Below are positions 30,314 through 41,073 of a DNA stretch of 64,000 bases, one piece after another. The notes beneath the pieces are model-generated. The model was not told the DNA's origin. It was given only the letters and a program-made list of their open reading frames with translations, and made no database searches. Source of the stretch: Nitrospirota bacterium (GTDB lineage Bacteria; Nitrospirota; Nitrospiria; Nitrospirales; NS-4). The stretch is taken from NCBI GenBank assembly GCA_963788195.1, contig CAWBGA010000001.1, positions 288,001 through 352,000 of the forward strand, written 5' to 3'. How positions within the stretch are numbered: position 1 is the stretch's first letter; every line of letters starts with the position of its first letter. Both the position numbers and the translations under genes were made by a program.

Positions 30314-31126
30314 ATGCCTCTCATAAAAACACAGGGGATCGTCCTGAAGAGCCGCAAGTGGGGCGAGGCCGACCGGATCGTCAGCTTCTTTACCCTGAAA
30401 CACGGCAAGGTTCGAGGCATCGCGCGCGGGGCACGGCGAATGAAGAGTCGGTTCGGGAGCGCCCTCGAGCCGTTTGTCCATTGCGATCTCAATCTATTCG
30501 AGAAGCACGGCGACTCGCTGTATCGCATCTCGCAAGCCGACATCCGGCAATCGTTCCATACGCTCCGCGATTCGCTGGAGGCGATTTCGGCCGCGGCAAG
30601 GCTCGCCAACCTTGCCGGCGCCATCACCGCGGATGGTGATGCCGTACCCCGAATCTTTCATGCCCTGTTAAAGGGATTTCACGCCGTCACCGAGAGCACA
30701 GACCCAAGCCATACGGCCGCGTTGTATGAGGTTGAGATCCTGCGCTTTGCCGGGTATCTGCCGCACATAGATCGCTGCACGAATTGCCGGTCGCGTGAGA
30801 GCGGAGGCGCGTGGTTTTTTTCTCCACGATGGGGAGGGACCCTATGCGCCGCTTGCGGGCGACGGGAACCCATGCCCTGTCCTGTGGTATCGCCGCCATG
30901 CCTGGCGTTCTTCCGTCAAGCGCTCAAAATGGACCCGGCACTGTTGCCTCGACTCAAGCCTGGGCCATCGGTTCGCCAGGAACTTCGGGAAGTGATCGAG
31001 CTCTATGTGGAGTGCGTCGCCGGACGCCGGCTTGCCCGAACCTATAACCTGCTGGCTGCGGAGACGCCGGCACCGTATCGTTCCTCCCGCCTGTCCGTCG
31101 CGCAGGCATCGAGCCATCGCATATAG
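30314..31126 (+). CDS. recO: DNA repair protein RecO
   Basis: GEADRIV, GKVRGIARGAR, LEPF and a CTNC...CAAC zinc motif. Confidence 0.93.
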   Translation: MPLIKTQGIVLKSRKWGEADRIVSFFTLKHGKVRGIARGARRMKSRFGSALEPFVHCDLNLFEKHGDSLYRISQADIRQSFHTLRDSLEAISAAARLANLAGAITADGDAVPRIFHALLKGFHAVTESTDPSHTAALYEVEILRFAGYLPHIDRCTNCRSRESGGAWFFSPRWGGTLCAACGRREPMPCPVVSPPCLAFFRQALKMDPALLPRLKPGPSVRQELREVIELYVECVAGRRLARTYNLLAAETPAPYRSSRLSVAQASSHRI

Positions 31127-31137
31127 TTCCTGGTATC

Positions 31138-31380
31138 ATGAAAGAGACCATGGCATCGGATATTGGCCCAGGTGGAGTCATCGCGCGGTTTACCGGCAAG
31201 GTCTTCGTTGCGCTCGGATTCGTTCTTGGTACCTATGGGCTGAGCGAGGGGCACCCAGTTGTGATGCAGGCCGGGCTGGGACTGCTGGTGGCCGGTGTCC
31301 TCGCTTCGGCGTATGGACTGTACCACTGGGTGACGAGGCGCGGGGTCGTCAACGATCCCCCGGACTCAGGCAAGCCGTGA
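31138..31380 (+). CDS. Small two-TM hypothetical membrane protein
   Basis: Two hydrophobic helices; fills the gap between recO and the next gene. Confidence 0.55.
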   Translation: MKETMASDIGPGGVIARFTGKVFVALGFVLGTYGLSEGHPVVMQAGLGLLVAGVLASAYGLYHWVTRRGVVNDPPDSGKP

Positions 31381-31707
31381 GTGACGTACAGCCGAAGGAC
31401 ATGGACTGGATTGAAAACGGCGTGCTCGGCATTGAATGGAGCGACGGGCATAAAGGCGTTTATCCTGTGCAGGTACCTGCGCCAGCATTGTCCGTGTGCC
31501 GCCTGTACCGATGAATGGACGGGGGAGCTTCGCATTAAACCGACAGGCATCCCAATGCTGATCGCCGTTCAGGACATCGAAGCGGTCGGGCGGTACGGCC
31601 TGCGTTTTCGCTGGAGTGATGGGCATGACACCGGGATTTATTCCTTCGATATTTTGCGGCACAAATTCTGCCGTTGCCCCATGTGTAAAGCGAAGGAAAA
31701 GAGGTAG
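31377..31707 (+). CDS. DUF971 / gamma-butyrobetaine hydroxylase N-terminal-like protein (apparent frameshift near 31470)
   Basis: IEWSDGHKGVY in one frame, then YLRQHCPCAAC and VGRYG...WSDGHDTGIYSF. Confidence 0.88.
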
Positions 31708-31713
31708 TCTCGG

Positions 31714-32514
31714 GTGCTCAAGAACACTATTCGCATGTATTCCTCTTACGGAAGGCTCATTCGATCCCTAGCGGTCTTCTTTGTCGTTGCAACGCAGGCG
31801 TCTCTGAATGCCGCCTCTGTGGAGGAGTTGATTGAGCGGGGTGACGCGTTACTTTTAGTAGAGGAGAGGTTTCCGCAGTCCTTTGAGGAAGCCTTAGCTT
31901 TGTACCGCGAGGCTTCGGGGCTCCAACCCAGGCCCGCACTAGCCTATCGGCGAATGGCTAGTGCCTGCCTCGCACTGGGAGACGGGACGAAGGATAAAGA
32001 CAAGGACAAGTCCCTGGCCTGGTACGAACAGGGTCAGCAGGCCGCTGAGACGGCGTTGAGCTATCAAGAAAACAGCGCGGACGCACATTTCCTGCTGGCC
32101 GCAACCCGCGGGAACGTGGTGAACCTCCTGCCGTTCTGGAGGGTCTCTCCCGCCGTCATCGGGGACCTGGAAAAACATCTTCTGCGATCCCTGGATCTGG
32201 AGCCCCGTCATGCCCGCGCGAACCACATGATGGGGATGTTGCTGTATCGGACCCCAGGGCCGTTGCGATTGATGCTTGTCGGTAAGCGAGGGGAGGTCGA
32301 GAAATATCTACTTCGCTCGGTCGAATACGATCCCGGATTCGCACAGGCCCGTTTCCACCTCATGCAGTTTTACGTGCAGACGGGCCAGCCTGCGCAGGCG
32401 CGTACTCAGGCGCAAGCCCTGGTCAATCTAGTGAACCCGTCCCCATACCGAATCTGGGCCGAAGAGTACCGGCCGGCCGCCGAGCAACTTCTCAAGAATC
32501 TTCCTGCTTCGTAA
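31714..32514 (+). CDS. Secreted TPR-like protein
   Basis: Signal-like N-terminus and helical repeats (ADAHFLLA, ARANHMMG, AQARFHL). Confidence 0.7.
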   Translation: MLKNTIRMYSSYGRLIRSLAVFFVVATQASLNAASVEELIERGDALLLVEERFPQSFEEALALYREASGLQPRPALAYRRMASACLALGDGTKDKDKDKSLAWYEQGQQAAETALSYQENSADAHFLLAATRGNVVNLLPFWRVSPAVIGDLEKHLLRSLDLEPRHARANHMMGMLLYRTPGPLRLMLVGKRGEVEKYLLRSVEYDPGFAQARFHLMQFYVQTGQPAQARTQAQALVNLVNPSPYRIWAEEYRPAAEQLLKNLPAS

Positions 32515-32659
32515 TTTCGGACCTGCCTGACCTCGCGCTGTCTTGCTTCCATCGGGGCGTTCCTCTAAAATTTCTCCATATAGGGGAAGATACCGGCTCG
32601 CCGGTCTTTTATGGTGTAATGACTTGCCAGAGTTTGTGGGATTGAACAGGAACTGAGCA

Positions 32660-33283
32660 ATGATGGTGGGTTTTTTGCTCTGCGGCGCCATCCTCACCAC
32701 AGGATCCCTGTCGCTGCCAGAGGTCCAGCCGGACGTGCAGAGTTCCTCAGTCCTCGAAGATCTACAGAACGCGGTTCGCGAGTCACCGGATGATGCTGAG
32801 GCGCGCCTGAAACTCGGAATCGCCTATGCCGAAATCGAAGACTATGACCTGGCGATGGCCGAACTTGTCGAATCGATTCGGCTCAATCCCGACAATGCTC
32901 GGAATCTCAACGCCTATGCCAACTTTCGCATCGGAATGATTTTGGCGGCGTTGGAGCGGCCGGCGCTTGCCGTGAATGCCTATCGAGAAGCCCAGAGGCT
33001 TGGATTCAAGTCGTCTTCAGTTCATTCGGCCCTGGGAGAGGCTCTGGCCGCGCAGCGGAAGTTCGATGAAGCAATCACGGAATATCGCGCGGCGCTTGTG
33101 CTTGACCCGGACTCCTTCCCCGCGCATGCAGGCCTCGCGCTGTCCTTGGAGGCCTCTGGTTCTGTGGAGGAAGCCCTCAGGGAGTATGAGACGGCTCTCC
33201 AGGTTGCGCCTCCTGCAGACGAGCACGTCGTTGCAGCCATCACCCAAAGGCTCAGGATCCTGAAAGACCGCCGGCAATTGTAG
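32660..33283 (+). CDS. Tetratricopeptide repeat protein
   Basis: PDDAEARLKLGIAY, VHSALGEALA and AHAGLALSL. Confidence 0.85.
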   Translation: MMVGFLLCGAILTTGSLSLPEVQPDVQSSSVLEDLQNAVRESPDDAEARLKLGIAYAEIEDYDLAMAELVESIRLNPDNARNLNAYANFRIGMILAALERPALAVNAYREAQRLGFKSSSVHSALGEALAAQRKFDEAITEYRAALVLDPDSFPAHAGLALSLEASGSVEEALREYETALQVAPPADEHVVAAITQRLRILKDRRQL

Positions 33284-33286
33284 CCG

Positions 33287-35797
33287 ATGCCGACTTCAGA
33301 CGACGCGCTTCAGTCACGAAGACGTCACCGTGGGGTGATCGGCATCGAAAGCAAAGTCCCTATCAGGGACCGGTCCGTGCTTAGTCTCATCTATACGCCG
33401 GGAGTGGCTGAACCGTGCCTGGCCATTCACGCCGATCCGCAGAAGTCTTTCGAATACACCTGTCGTGGCAACACCATCGCTCTCGTGACCGACGGTTCCA
33501 AGGTGCTGAACCTCGGCAATCCGGGGCCCTACGCGGCCATGCCGGTCATGGAGGGGAACTCGGTGTTGTTGAAGACTTTTGCAGGCGTGGACGCTTTTCC
33601 ACTCTGCCTCAATACCCTGGATCCTGACGAGATCGTCGACAGTATCGCGCTGCTGGCGCCCACGTTTGGGGCGATCTGCCTCGAAGACATCACGGCGCCG
33701 CGCTGTTTTCCAATTGAAGAACGCCTGGCGCGAGCGACGAACATTCCCGTCTTTCATACCGATCAACATGCCGCGGCCATCGAGGTTCTCGCCGCTCTCA
33801 TGAATGCCGGCAAGCTCGTAGACAAGCCCGTTGCCTCGATGCGGATCGTCATCAACGGCGCCGGCGCTGCGGGTATCGGCACGGCTAAGCTGTTATTAAG
33901 GTACGGGGTAAAGAATATTATCCTATGCGACCGGGCCGGCGCGATCTACAAGTATCGGCCCACGCGGATGAACTGGGTGAAGTCGGAAATGGCATTGTCG
34001 ACGAACCCGGACCAGCAGCAGGGTTCGCTGGAGGCGGTACTCGCCGGCGCGGATGTCTTCGTTGGATTTTCAGAGGGCGGGGTCTTGAAGGGTGAGGCGA
34101 TCGCCACCATGGCCAGGGATCCCATTGTTCTTGCGCTCGCTTTGCCTGAGCCCGAGATCCGCCCCGAGGTGGCCAAGCGTTGTGGGGCCGCAATCGCAGC
34201 GAGCGGCCGAGCGGACCTGCCCAACGGGGTGAATACTGCGATGGTGGTTCCGGGTGTCTTTCGCGGGTTGCTCGACGTTGCTGCGCACCGGATGAACGAT
34301 GAGATGAAGATTGCTGCTGCACAGGCTCTCGCCGGCGCGATTGCTTCTGATCATCTGCATCGTGATCAGATTCTCCCTGAGCTGATGGATTTCCGTGTGG
34401 CGCCGGCGATCGCGGAAGCGGTCGCGCTGGCCGCGATCGAGACGGGCCAGGCCCGAAAGGTGGTGAGTCCCGAGCTTATCCGCGACAGGACGCTTCACTA
34501 TGTGTACGAGGGCCGCTGGCCGCTGCCGCCTGAAACTACAGGGCCAGGTGCGACGCTGGGCGAGCAATCACTGGATCTTCACGCGAGATACCGCGGCATC
34601 CTGCAGATCAAGCCGAAGATTCCCATCAGGGACGTGACGGTACTGAAGGGATTTTATGTCTCGCCGGGTCTCGCGGGTCCCGTGGAAGAGATCGCTCGCG
34701 ACCCGATGAAGGTCTACGATTATACCGCCAAGGGCAACCTTGTGGCCGTGGTTACGGACGGGTCTGCGGTGCTCGGACTCGGCGATCTCGGTCCACGGGC
34801 AGCGTTGCCCGTGATGGAAGGAAAGGCGGTCCTGTTTAATTTTTATGCCGGCATTGAGGCATTCCCAATATGCTTGGGGACGCAGGATCCGGATGAAATT
34901 GTCGCGGTCATCAAACATATCTCCCCGACCTTTGGAGGCATCAACCTGGAAGACATCGCCTCGCCGCACTGTTTCGAGATAGAGGCACGTCTGCGGACGG
35001 AGTTGGATATTCCGGTGTTTCACGACGATCAGCACGGCACGGCGGTGGTCGTCCTCGCGGGCCTTATCAATGCCATGCGGCTACTCAATCGCAGGCTCGA
35101 GGAGGCGAAGATTGTTGTGTGCGGCGCAGGCGCCGCGGGATCGGCCATCGCACAGTTGTTGCTGAAGCGCGGCGTTAAGGACCTGCTGCTCGTGGACGTG
35201 TATGGAATCGTTTACGACGGCCGCCCAGTAGGAATGAACCCGACTCTTTCGGCCCTTGCTCGACAGACAAACTTGGGGCGGCTTAGCGGTGATCTCGCCA
35301 AAGCCGTTCGGGGCGCCGATACCTTCATCGGCGTCTCGGTCGGCGGGGTACTCAAGCCCGAGATGCTGCAGACAATGGCCGCCGGGCCCATCATCTTTGC
35401 CCTTGCCAATCCCGTGCCGGAGATCATGCCGATGGATGCCTTCGCGGCTGGGGCCCGGATTGTCGCGACGGGCCGTTCCGATTTTGCGAACCAGGTGAAC
35501 AATAGCCTGGTGTTTCCTGGCGTGTTCCGCGGAGCACTCGACGTGCGCGCCACGACGATCACGACAGACATGGAACTTGCGGCAGCGGTGGCGCTTGCGG
35601 ATGTCATCCCTCGGCACGATCTCAGGCCGGATTATATTATCCCGGAGGCATTTGATTTCCGCGTACCTCCCAATGTGGCCGCGGCCGTCGCGCGTTCCGC
35701 CATTGAAGGTGGCGTCGCCAGGATCATACGCGATCCTGACACCATTTTGCGTGAGACCCGCGCCTTTCTCTATGAAGGGCAACTGGGCAACTTCTAA
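33287..35797 (+). CDS. NAD(P)-dependent malic enzyme made of two tandem minimal malic-enzyme modules
   Basis: Two full copies of the ME motif series (VTDGS, MEG, LEDI, DQH, GAGAAG, PEI, GR.D, PGVFRG) in 836 aa; no PTA domain. Confidence 0.92.
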   Translation: MPTSDDALQSRRRHRGVIGIESKVPIRDRSVLSLIYTPGVAEPCLAIHADPQKSFEYTCRGNTIALVTDGSKVLNLGNPGPYAAMPVMEGNSVLLKTFAGVDAFPLCLNTLDPDEIVDSIALLAPTFGAICLEDITAPRCFPIEERLARATNIPVFHTDQHAAAIEVLAALMNAGKLVDKPVASMRIVINGAGAAGIGTAKLLLRYGVKNIILCDRAGAIYKYRPTRMNWVKSEMALSTNPDQQQGSLEAVLAGADVFVGFSEGGVLKGEAIATMARDPIVLALALPEPEIRPEVAKRCGAAIAASGRADLPNGVNTAMVVPGVFRGLLDVAAHRMNDEMKIAAAQALAGAIASDHLHRDQILPELMDFRVAPAIAEAVALAAIETGQARKVVSPELIRDRTLHYVYEGRWPLPPETTGPGATLGEQSLDLHARYRGILQIKPKIPIRDVTVLKGFYVSPGLAGPVEEIARDPMKVYDYTAKGNLVAVVTDGSAVLGLGDLGPRAALPVMEGKAVLFNFYAGIEAFPICLGTQDPDEIVAVIKHISPTFGGINLEDIASPHCFEIEARLRTELDIPVFHDDQHGTAVVVLAGLINAMRLLNRRLEEAKIVVCGAGAAGSAIAQLLLKRGVKDLLLVDVYGIVYDGRPVGMNPTLSALARQTNLGRLSGDLAKAVRGADTFIGVSVGGVLKPEMLQTMAAGPIIFALANPVPEIMPMDAFAAGARIVATGRSDFANQVNNSLVFPGVFRGALDVRATTITTDMELAAAVALADVIPRHDLRPDYIIPEAFDFRVPPNVAAAVARSAIEGGVARIIRDPDTILRETRAFLYEGQLGNF

Positions 35798-35959
35798 TGA
35801 GACCCTTCCGGGTCTCGTCACTCCCCATTCCGTACAGCTACAGATCGTCAGCATAAAGGAATACAGTGTATTGGAGAGTACCGCGTGGGATTTTGTGGAG
35901 ACAGGTGCGATCGGCACTCGTCCCATAAAGATTGAACAGCGACCGAATGGAGGAATGAC

Positions 35960-36331
35960 ATGGCGACACAACTTGCAATCAATAATCCGGCGAAGGCGAA
36001 AGAATATTTCGAGAATAAATTAGCGTTCACGACCGGGCCCGTGGAACTCGAACGAATGATGAAGAACAACGAGGTCAATGTCGTGGATGTGCGAGCCGCC
36101 GAAGATTATGCCGAAGGCCATATTCCAGGCGCGATCAATCTGCCCAAGGATCAGTGGCACACCCTCAAAGGCCTCCGCAAAGATAAAGTCAATGTGGTGT
36201 ACTGCTATTCGTTGGTTTGTCATCTCGCCGCCACGGCCGCGGTCGAATTCGCCGGCAAAGGCTATCCTGTGATGGAATTGGACGGCGGCTGGCGGTGGTG
36301 GAAGGACGATGAATTCACGATCGAGAAGTAA
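35960..36331 (+). CDS. Single-domain rhodanese-like protein
   Basis: VVDVR, GHIPGAINLP, VVYCY and LDGGWRWW; SD GGAGG. Confidence 0.9.
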   Translation: MATQLAINNPAKAKEYFENKLAFTTGPVELERMMKNNEVNVVDVRAAEDYAEGHIPGAINLPKDQWHTLKGLRKDKVNVVYCYSLVCHLAATAAVEFAGKGYPVMELDGGWRWWKDDEFTIEK

Positions 36332-36546
36332 AGATCGATAGCTGAACGGCGACGTAGCCTAACGAGACCTAGGCAATAGCTTCTTTCGCATTTTCATCCG
36401 ACGTGCCGACGACCGGCATGCAGGTGGATGAGACAAATAATCTAGAAAGAATCGTATCTATTCGTCTGCTCTTGGGGTTCCGCTGCGTTATAATCTTGCC
36501 GTCTAGTTATTGGAATTACCGGATGTGTGCCAGAAAGGAAGGCGCT

Positions 36547-37083
36547 ATGAGTGCATTGCAAATCGGGGATCAGGCGCCGCGCTTTGAACTACCTGGCGTC
36601 GACGGACGCACATACGGCCTCGAAGAATTTGTCGGCACGCCTCTTCTGGTCGTGATTTTCAGCTGCAATCATTGTCCGTATGTGCAGGCCTACGAGGATC
36701 GAATGATCTCCATCCAGAGGGATTATCGGCCTCGCGGCGTTCAGCTGATCGCGATTAATTCAAACGACGACGTGAACTATCCCCAGGACAGCTTCAACGC
36801 CATGGTAGAGCGAGCGACCGCCAAGGCCTTCAATTTTCCGTATCTGCGTGACGCCAACCAGGTGGTGGCCAAGGCCTATGGAGCAACGCACACGCCGCAG
36901 TTGTTTGTGTTTGATCATGGCCGGAAACTGCGCTATACGGGAAAGATCGATGACAACTGGCAGAACCCGGCCGCGGTGAAAAGGCACTACCTTCGCGAGG
37001 CGTTGGATGCCTTGATAGAAGGAGGCGCGCCTGCTGAGGCCGAAACCCATGCGATTGGTTGCACCATTAAATGGGCCGGTTAG
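36547..37083 (+). CDS. Thioredoxin-fold redoxin (AhpC/TSA family)
   Basis: IGDQAPRFEL, CNHCPYV, AINSND, ATHTP and AIGCTIKW. Confidence 0.9.
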   Translation: MSALQIGDQAPRFELPGVDGRTYGLEEFVGTPLLVVIFSCNHCPYVQAYEDRMISIQRDYRPRGVQLIAINSNDDVNYPQDSFNAMVERATAKAFNFPYLRDANQVVAKAYGATHTPQLFVFDHGRKLRYTGKIDDNWQNPAAVKRHYLREALDALIEGGAPAEAETHAIGCTIKWAG

Positions 37084-37096
37084 ATTGTCGCCAGTT

Positions 37097-37172
37097 GTCA
37101 CCCTGAACGAAGTGAAGGGTCTAGATTCTTCGCTTCGCTCAGAATGACAACGGGTGGTGGTCAGAATGACAA
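37097..37172. repeat. GTCATCCTGA-type REP-like element between convergent genes
   Basis: GTCACCCTGAACGAAGTGAAGGGTCT-AGATTCTTCGCTTCGCTCAGAATGAC plus an extra TCAGAATGAC; same family as 12796-13052. Confidence 0.85.
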
Positions 37173-37186
37173 TGCGGTGAATGACA

Positions 37187-37672
37187 TCAGATCCCGAGCG
37201 CCTTTCTGATGTTCTGCACGATTACCTCGGGCGGATCGGACACATCGACGACAATTGCGTCATGAGGTTCCTCGAGAATCGAAAACTGACTTTTGAGCAA
37301 ATTCACCTTCATGAAGTGATTGGCTCTTTGGCGCAGGCGCGCTTCAATCAATTCAAAACTGCCCTTCAGATAGACCATGTGCATGCGCGCCGGATCTACC
37401 AGCACAGTTTTTCGGTAGTCGGTTTTTAGGCACGAGCAGGTCAGTACCGCGTTCGTGTTTTCCCGCAGCCAGGCCTCAATGGCAGCGCGCATGGCTGCAA
37501 GCCAGGGTGTCCGGTCCGCGTCGTCCAGCGGGATCCCACGGCTCATCTTTTCAATGTTCGCGGGTGGATGGAATTCATCGGAATCGCGAAAAGTCCAGGA
37601 CAGCTCTTCGGCCAGCAGCCGTGCTACGGTTGTTTTGCCGGAACCGGCAACCCCCATGATGATAAGGATCAT
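37187..37672 (-). CDS. gntK: Gluconokinase
   Basis: MGVAGSGKTT, DSDEFHPPANIEKM, PLDDADRTPWL, HFM and SQFSILEEP. Confidence 0.92.
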   Translation of the reverse strand: MILIIMGVAGSGKTTVARLLAEELSWTFRDSDEFHPPANIEKMSRGIPLDDADRTPWLAAMRAAIEAWLRENTNAVLTCSCLKTDYRKTVLVDPARMHMVYLKGSFELIEARLRQRANHFMKVNLLKSQFSILEEPHDAIVVDVSDPPEVIVQNIRKALGI

Positions 37673-38810
37673 GCCGGAGCGCCTTTTTCACGATAGCGTC
37701 CAGCATACGAAGCGTGGCCGGGAAGGCGGCTGACAGGGCCGCAATCCGGCCCAAGGCCTCTTCCCGTTCTGCCCCCATTAGTATAAAAGGTTGGAAGGGC
37801 GCCTCGGGCCAGCGGGTCGTCTGAATCGGTACGATCTCGGCGGTGACGGGCTGATCGCTTCCGATCTGGAGTAGCGCGACACCCGAGAGCTTGTCCTGCG
37901 GATCTTTCCTGCCGCCGTAGACAAAGTTCCCGAGAGAGTAGAAGATCGGCGCTCCCCGATAGACTTCTATTCCCTGAAGGCGATGAGGATGTGCGCCTAG
38001 GACAGCCTTACACCCGAGGTCGATACACAGGTGCGCGAGGGTGACCTGATACGGTTGCACGTTAGTCGAGCCCTCTTTACCCCAGTGGAAGTAGGGTATC
38101 ACCGCATCCACGCGGGGTAGGAGCAGGGGCACATCCTCTGTGATCTGCTTCAGGATGCAGCGAATGTCTACGTAGCACCCGGCCACGCCAGGGCTGGTCT
38201 CGGTGGCGAAGAGTTCGCGGGGCTCCAATATATCGGCGGCAGTCTGAAAGTAATACCCCAGAAAGCCGATTTTCAGGCCGCGGCGTTCCACAATGGCGGG
38301 CATGCGAGCCTCAGGGAGCGTCATCCCGGCGCCGAAGTGTGCGATATCGGCGTCTGTAAGAGTGTCCATGGTGTCTTCCATTCCTATCGCACCATAGTCC
38401 ATTGTATGGTTATTGGCGAGGGTGACGACGTCAACGGAACCGGCTTTCAGAATCTCAACAAGCTCGGGTCTTGCACGAAAATTAAAATTCTTAGGAATCA
38501 AGACGCCTCGATCGGTCAGCGGGCATTCCAGATTGACCAGAGCCAGGTCGGCGCGGCCCAGCAGGTCTGCTACTCCGGAAAAATAGAGCTGGAGTAACTG
38601 CTCTCGATTCACTCCTGACTGTAGCTGTGCATCGTAGTGCGCTTCCAAGTTGTACCCCAGGACAGTATCACCGGCCGCTGCAAGGAGCACTGAACCGTCA
38701 CGCGGTGAAGCGAAGTTCTCGGCCAAGGCGGCAGGAAACCGGTTACGATGGGGTCTTATTTGTGTGGCGAGCAGGGCGCCCAGGCCCAAAAGAAAGTCAC
38801 GGCGTCGCAT
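37669..38810 (-). CDS. CapA-family metallophosphatase with Tat signal (3' end probably frameshifted)
   Basis: MRRRDFL twin-arginine, AAGD, NLE, LANNHTMDYG, HWG, GAHPH and YSLGNF. Confidence 0.88.
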
Positions 38811-38924
38811 TGGGTGGATTCAAGCATAGTCTCCCCATGCCCGGCAATGTCCTCTGCGGGTTACTCTTGACCCGCACCTCGCGGTATGTTTTCCTTGTGC
38901 GGGCGCCAGACAGGAGTTTTTCGC

Positions 38925-40454
38925 ATGCTTGACGACGAGCTCAAACTGCTGCACAGGTTGTTCCTGGAACTCGGTGCGACCACGATGCTGGCGGCCGTGC
39001 TCTTCGGCGTTTATTTCTTCATTGCGCACAAGCGTGCCAAGCGCGTTCCCTGGAGTTTCTTTGCCCTCTTTATCGGGACCCTGGTCCTGTACATCCTTCT
39101 CATACTCGATGAGAGTGACCTGCCGTTTCTTCAAGCGATCGATCTCTGGAAGAGTGTCGCTCTCTGGCTGAAGTTCAGCGCGTACATCGCCACCACGTTT
39201 TTCTTCATCAAGGCGATAGATCTGGTCCTCGTGGAAGATTTCCTCATCGCCAAGAAGGACTTCTATATCCCTGAGCTGTTGAGGTTGCTGTTCATGATAA
39301 CCGCCCTGGCTCTCGCAGGACTGGTTTTCCTGCGCACCGTCATGGGGATCAACGTGATTGCGCTTGTGGCCATCCCCACGGCGCTCACCGCCGTCGTCGG
39401 TTTTGCTCTTCAGGACACCATCAAACGGTTCTTCGCCGGGATCACCTTAGGCAAGTTGGTACGGGCAGGGGACTGGGTGATGGTTGCGGGCCGCGAAGGA
39501 AGGGTCACGGATGTGGACCTGGGGCATTTAACCATCCTGACCCGAGAAGATGACTTGGTGATGATTCCTAATAATATCGTGCTTCAACAGGACATTTTAA
39601 ACTATAACCGGCCGACCACTGCGCATGCCCGTTCGGTCGTTGTCGGTGCTGCGTACGATGTCTCCCCGGGTGAGGTACAGCGGGTTCTTATCGATGCTGT
39701 CAAAGCGGTTCCCGGGGTGCTGAGCGAGCCGCCACCGCGCGCATTCACTGCGGCCTTTAAGGATTCCAGTGTCGAATACCGCATGAAATACTGGATCAAC
39801 GATTATGCCAAGGCTCCCGATATCGACGGCCAGGTCTTGAGCTATATCTGGAACGCGTTCAAACGGCATAGCATTGAGATCCCATTCCCGCATCGCATGG
39901 TCCGGATCGTGAAATCCGAGGAAGCCTCGGCGGCGGTGTCCAAAGAGCGGGGGCAGATCCAGGAGGCCCTGCGCCGCGTGGACTTTTTATCGGTCCTCAG
40001 TCCCGAGGAGCTTCAGGGTCTTGCCGAGGAGACAACGATTCGGGTCTATATGCCGGGTGAGGTGGTAGTTCATCAAGGAGATCAAGGATCGGAGTTGTTC
40101 TTTATCCTCGATGGCCATGCCGAAGTCCGAGTGGGGGAGGGGCCACAGTCGGTCCTTGCCACATTGCATCCTCTGCAATTTTTCGGCGAGATGGCGTTGC
40201 TCACGGGAGAGGCGCGTTCGGCCACTGTCGTGGCGCAAACGCGTCTTGAGGTGCTGGTGCTGAACAAGGAAAATATGTCCCGCCTGTTTAATACCAACCC
40301 ACTGTTGGTGGAGCGGATGAGTGCCGTGCTGGTGAAACGACAGACGGAGCTCGTCGCGCATCAGGAGCAGACAGCCCGGCGGGGCGAGACCAAGCAGGAG
40401 GACCGAGTGCGCTCTCTGGGAGACCGCATCCGAAAATTCTTTGGCCTCTCCTGA
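38925..40454 (+). CDS. Mechanosensitive channel (MscS family) with C-terminal cNMP-binding domain
   Basis: VVGFALQDTI, GDWV, IPNN and IEIPFP, then QGDQG...FFGEMALLTGEARSATV. Confidence 0.92.
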   Translation: MLDDELKLLHRLFLELGATTMLAAVLFGVYFFIAHKRAKRVPWSFFALFIGTLVLYILLILDESDLPFLQAIDLWKSVALWLKFSAYIATTFFFIKAIDLVLVEDFLIAKKDFYIPELLRLLFMITALALAGLVFLRTVMGINVIALVAIPTALTAVVGFALQDTIKRFFAGITLGKLVRAGDWVMVAGREGRVTDVDLGHLTILTREDDLVMIPNNIVLQQDILNYNRPTTAHARSVVVGAAYDVSPGEVQRVLIDAVKAVPGVLSEPPPRAFTAAFKDSSVEYRMKYWINDYAKAPDIDGQVLSYIWNAFKRHSIEIPFPHRMVRIVKSEEASAAVSKERGQIQEALRRVDFLSVLSPEELQGLAEETTIRVYMPGEVVVHQGDQGSELFFILDGHAEVRVGEGPQSVLATLHPLQFFGEMALLTGEARSATVVAQTRLEVLVLNKENMSRLFNTNPLLVERMSAVLVKRQTELVAHQEQTARRGETKQEDRVRSLGDRIRKFFGLS

Positions 40455-40470
40455 GATCCTTCTGAAAGAT

Positions 40471-40956
40471 TTATTTTTCCGCTCGCGCTGATACATCAAA
40501 GCTAAGCTGCATACCTTTGGCAAGCTTGAGGCGTTTGATCGACCCGGCAGGGACCTCCAAGGCGTACGAGGCGTCGTACGCCGGTTGGTATTGCAGGCAA
40601 GGGTCTCCTAGACAGCCCGGAATATTTTCGACAAGATCAACAACTTTCTTATTGGAATCCATCCAAAGTATATCCAGTGGAATCTTGGTATTCTTCATCC
40701 AAAAGACCCATTGCCCTGGCTCGCTGAACACGAACAGCATCCCGCGGTCACTGGCCAACTGGTCGCGAAACATCAGCCCACGCGCGCGTTTTTCATTCGT
40801 ATCGGCCAGCTCTGCACGAATCCGGGTGCCGTTGGGATAGGCTACGGTGATGAAGGTGGCAATGCTGCTTGCCGACACCTGCGGGCGAGCCTCAATTTCA
40901 GCGTGAAGGACGGAGGCGAAGAGTCCAATAACACATAAGATAATGCGCCCCGGCAT
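40471..40956 (-). CDS. DUF192 family protein
   Basis: RARGLMFR, GMLFVF, FWMKNTKIPLDI and ALEVPAG. Confidence 0.92.
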   Translation of the reverse strand: MPGRIILCVIGLFASVLHAEIEARPQVSASSIATFITVAYPNGTRIRAELADTNEKRARGLMFRDQLASDRGMLFVFSEPGQWVFWMKNTKIPLDILWMDSNKKVVDLVENIPGCLGDPCLQYQPAYDASYALEVPAGSIKRLKLAKGMQLSFDVSARAEK

Positions 40957-41073
40957 GGGTGTTGTATCATAGGCAACGTCCCGGAGCGTGTCAATTTCCC
41001 CTTTCTTGACAAGCTTATAGGGGCTGCGTTACGGTTTCCGAGGCGCGCCACCTAGGAGCTCTCGTCGAGTACT

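Noticed and set aside
37669..38810. CapA as evidence of poly-gamma-glutamate capsule synthesis
   Set aside because: No capB or capC is nearby, and stand-alone CapA-family phosphatases are common.
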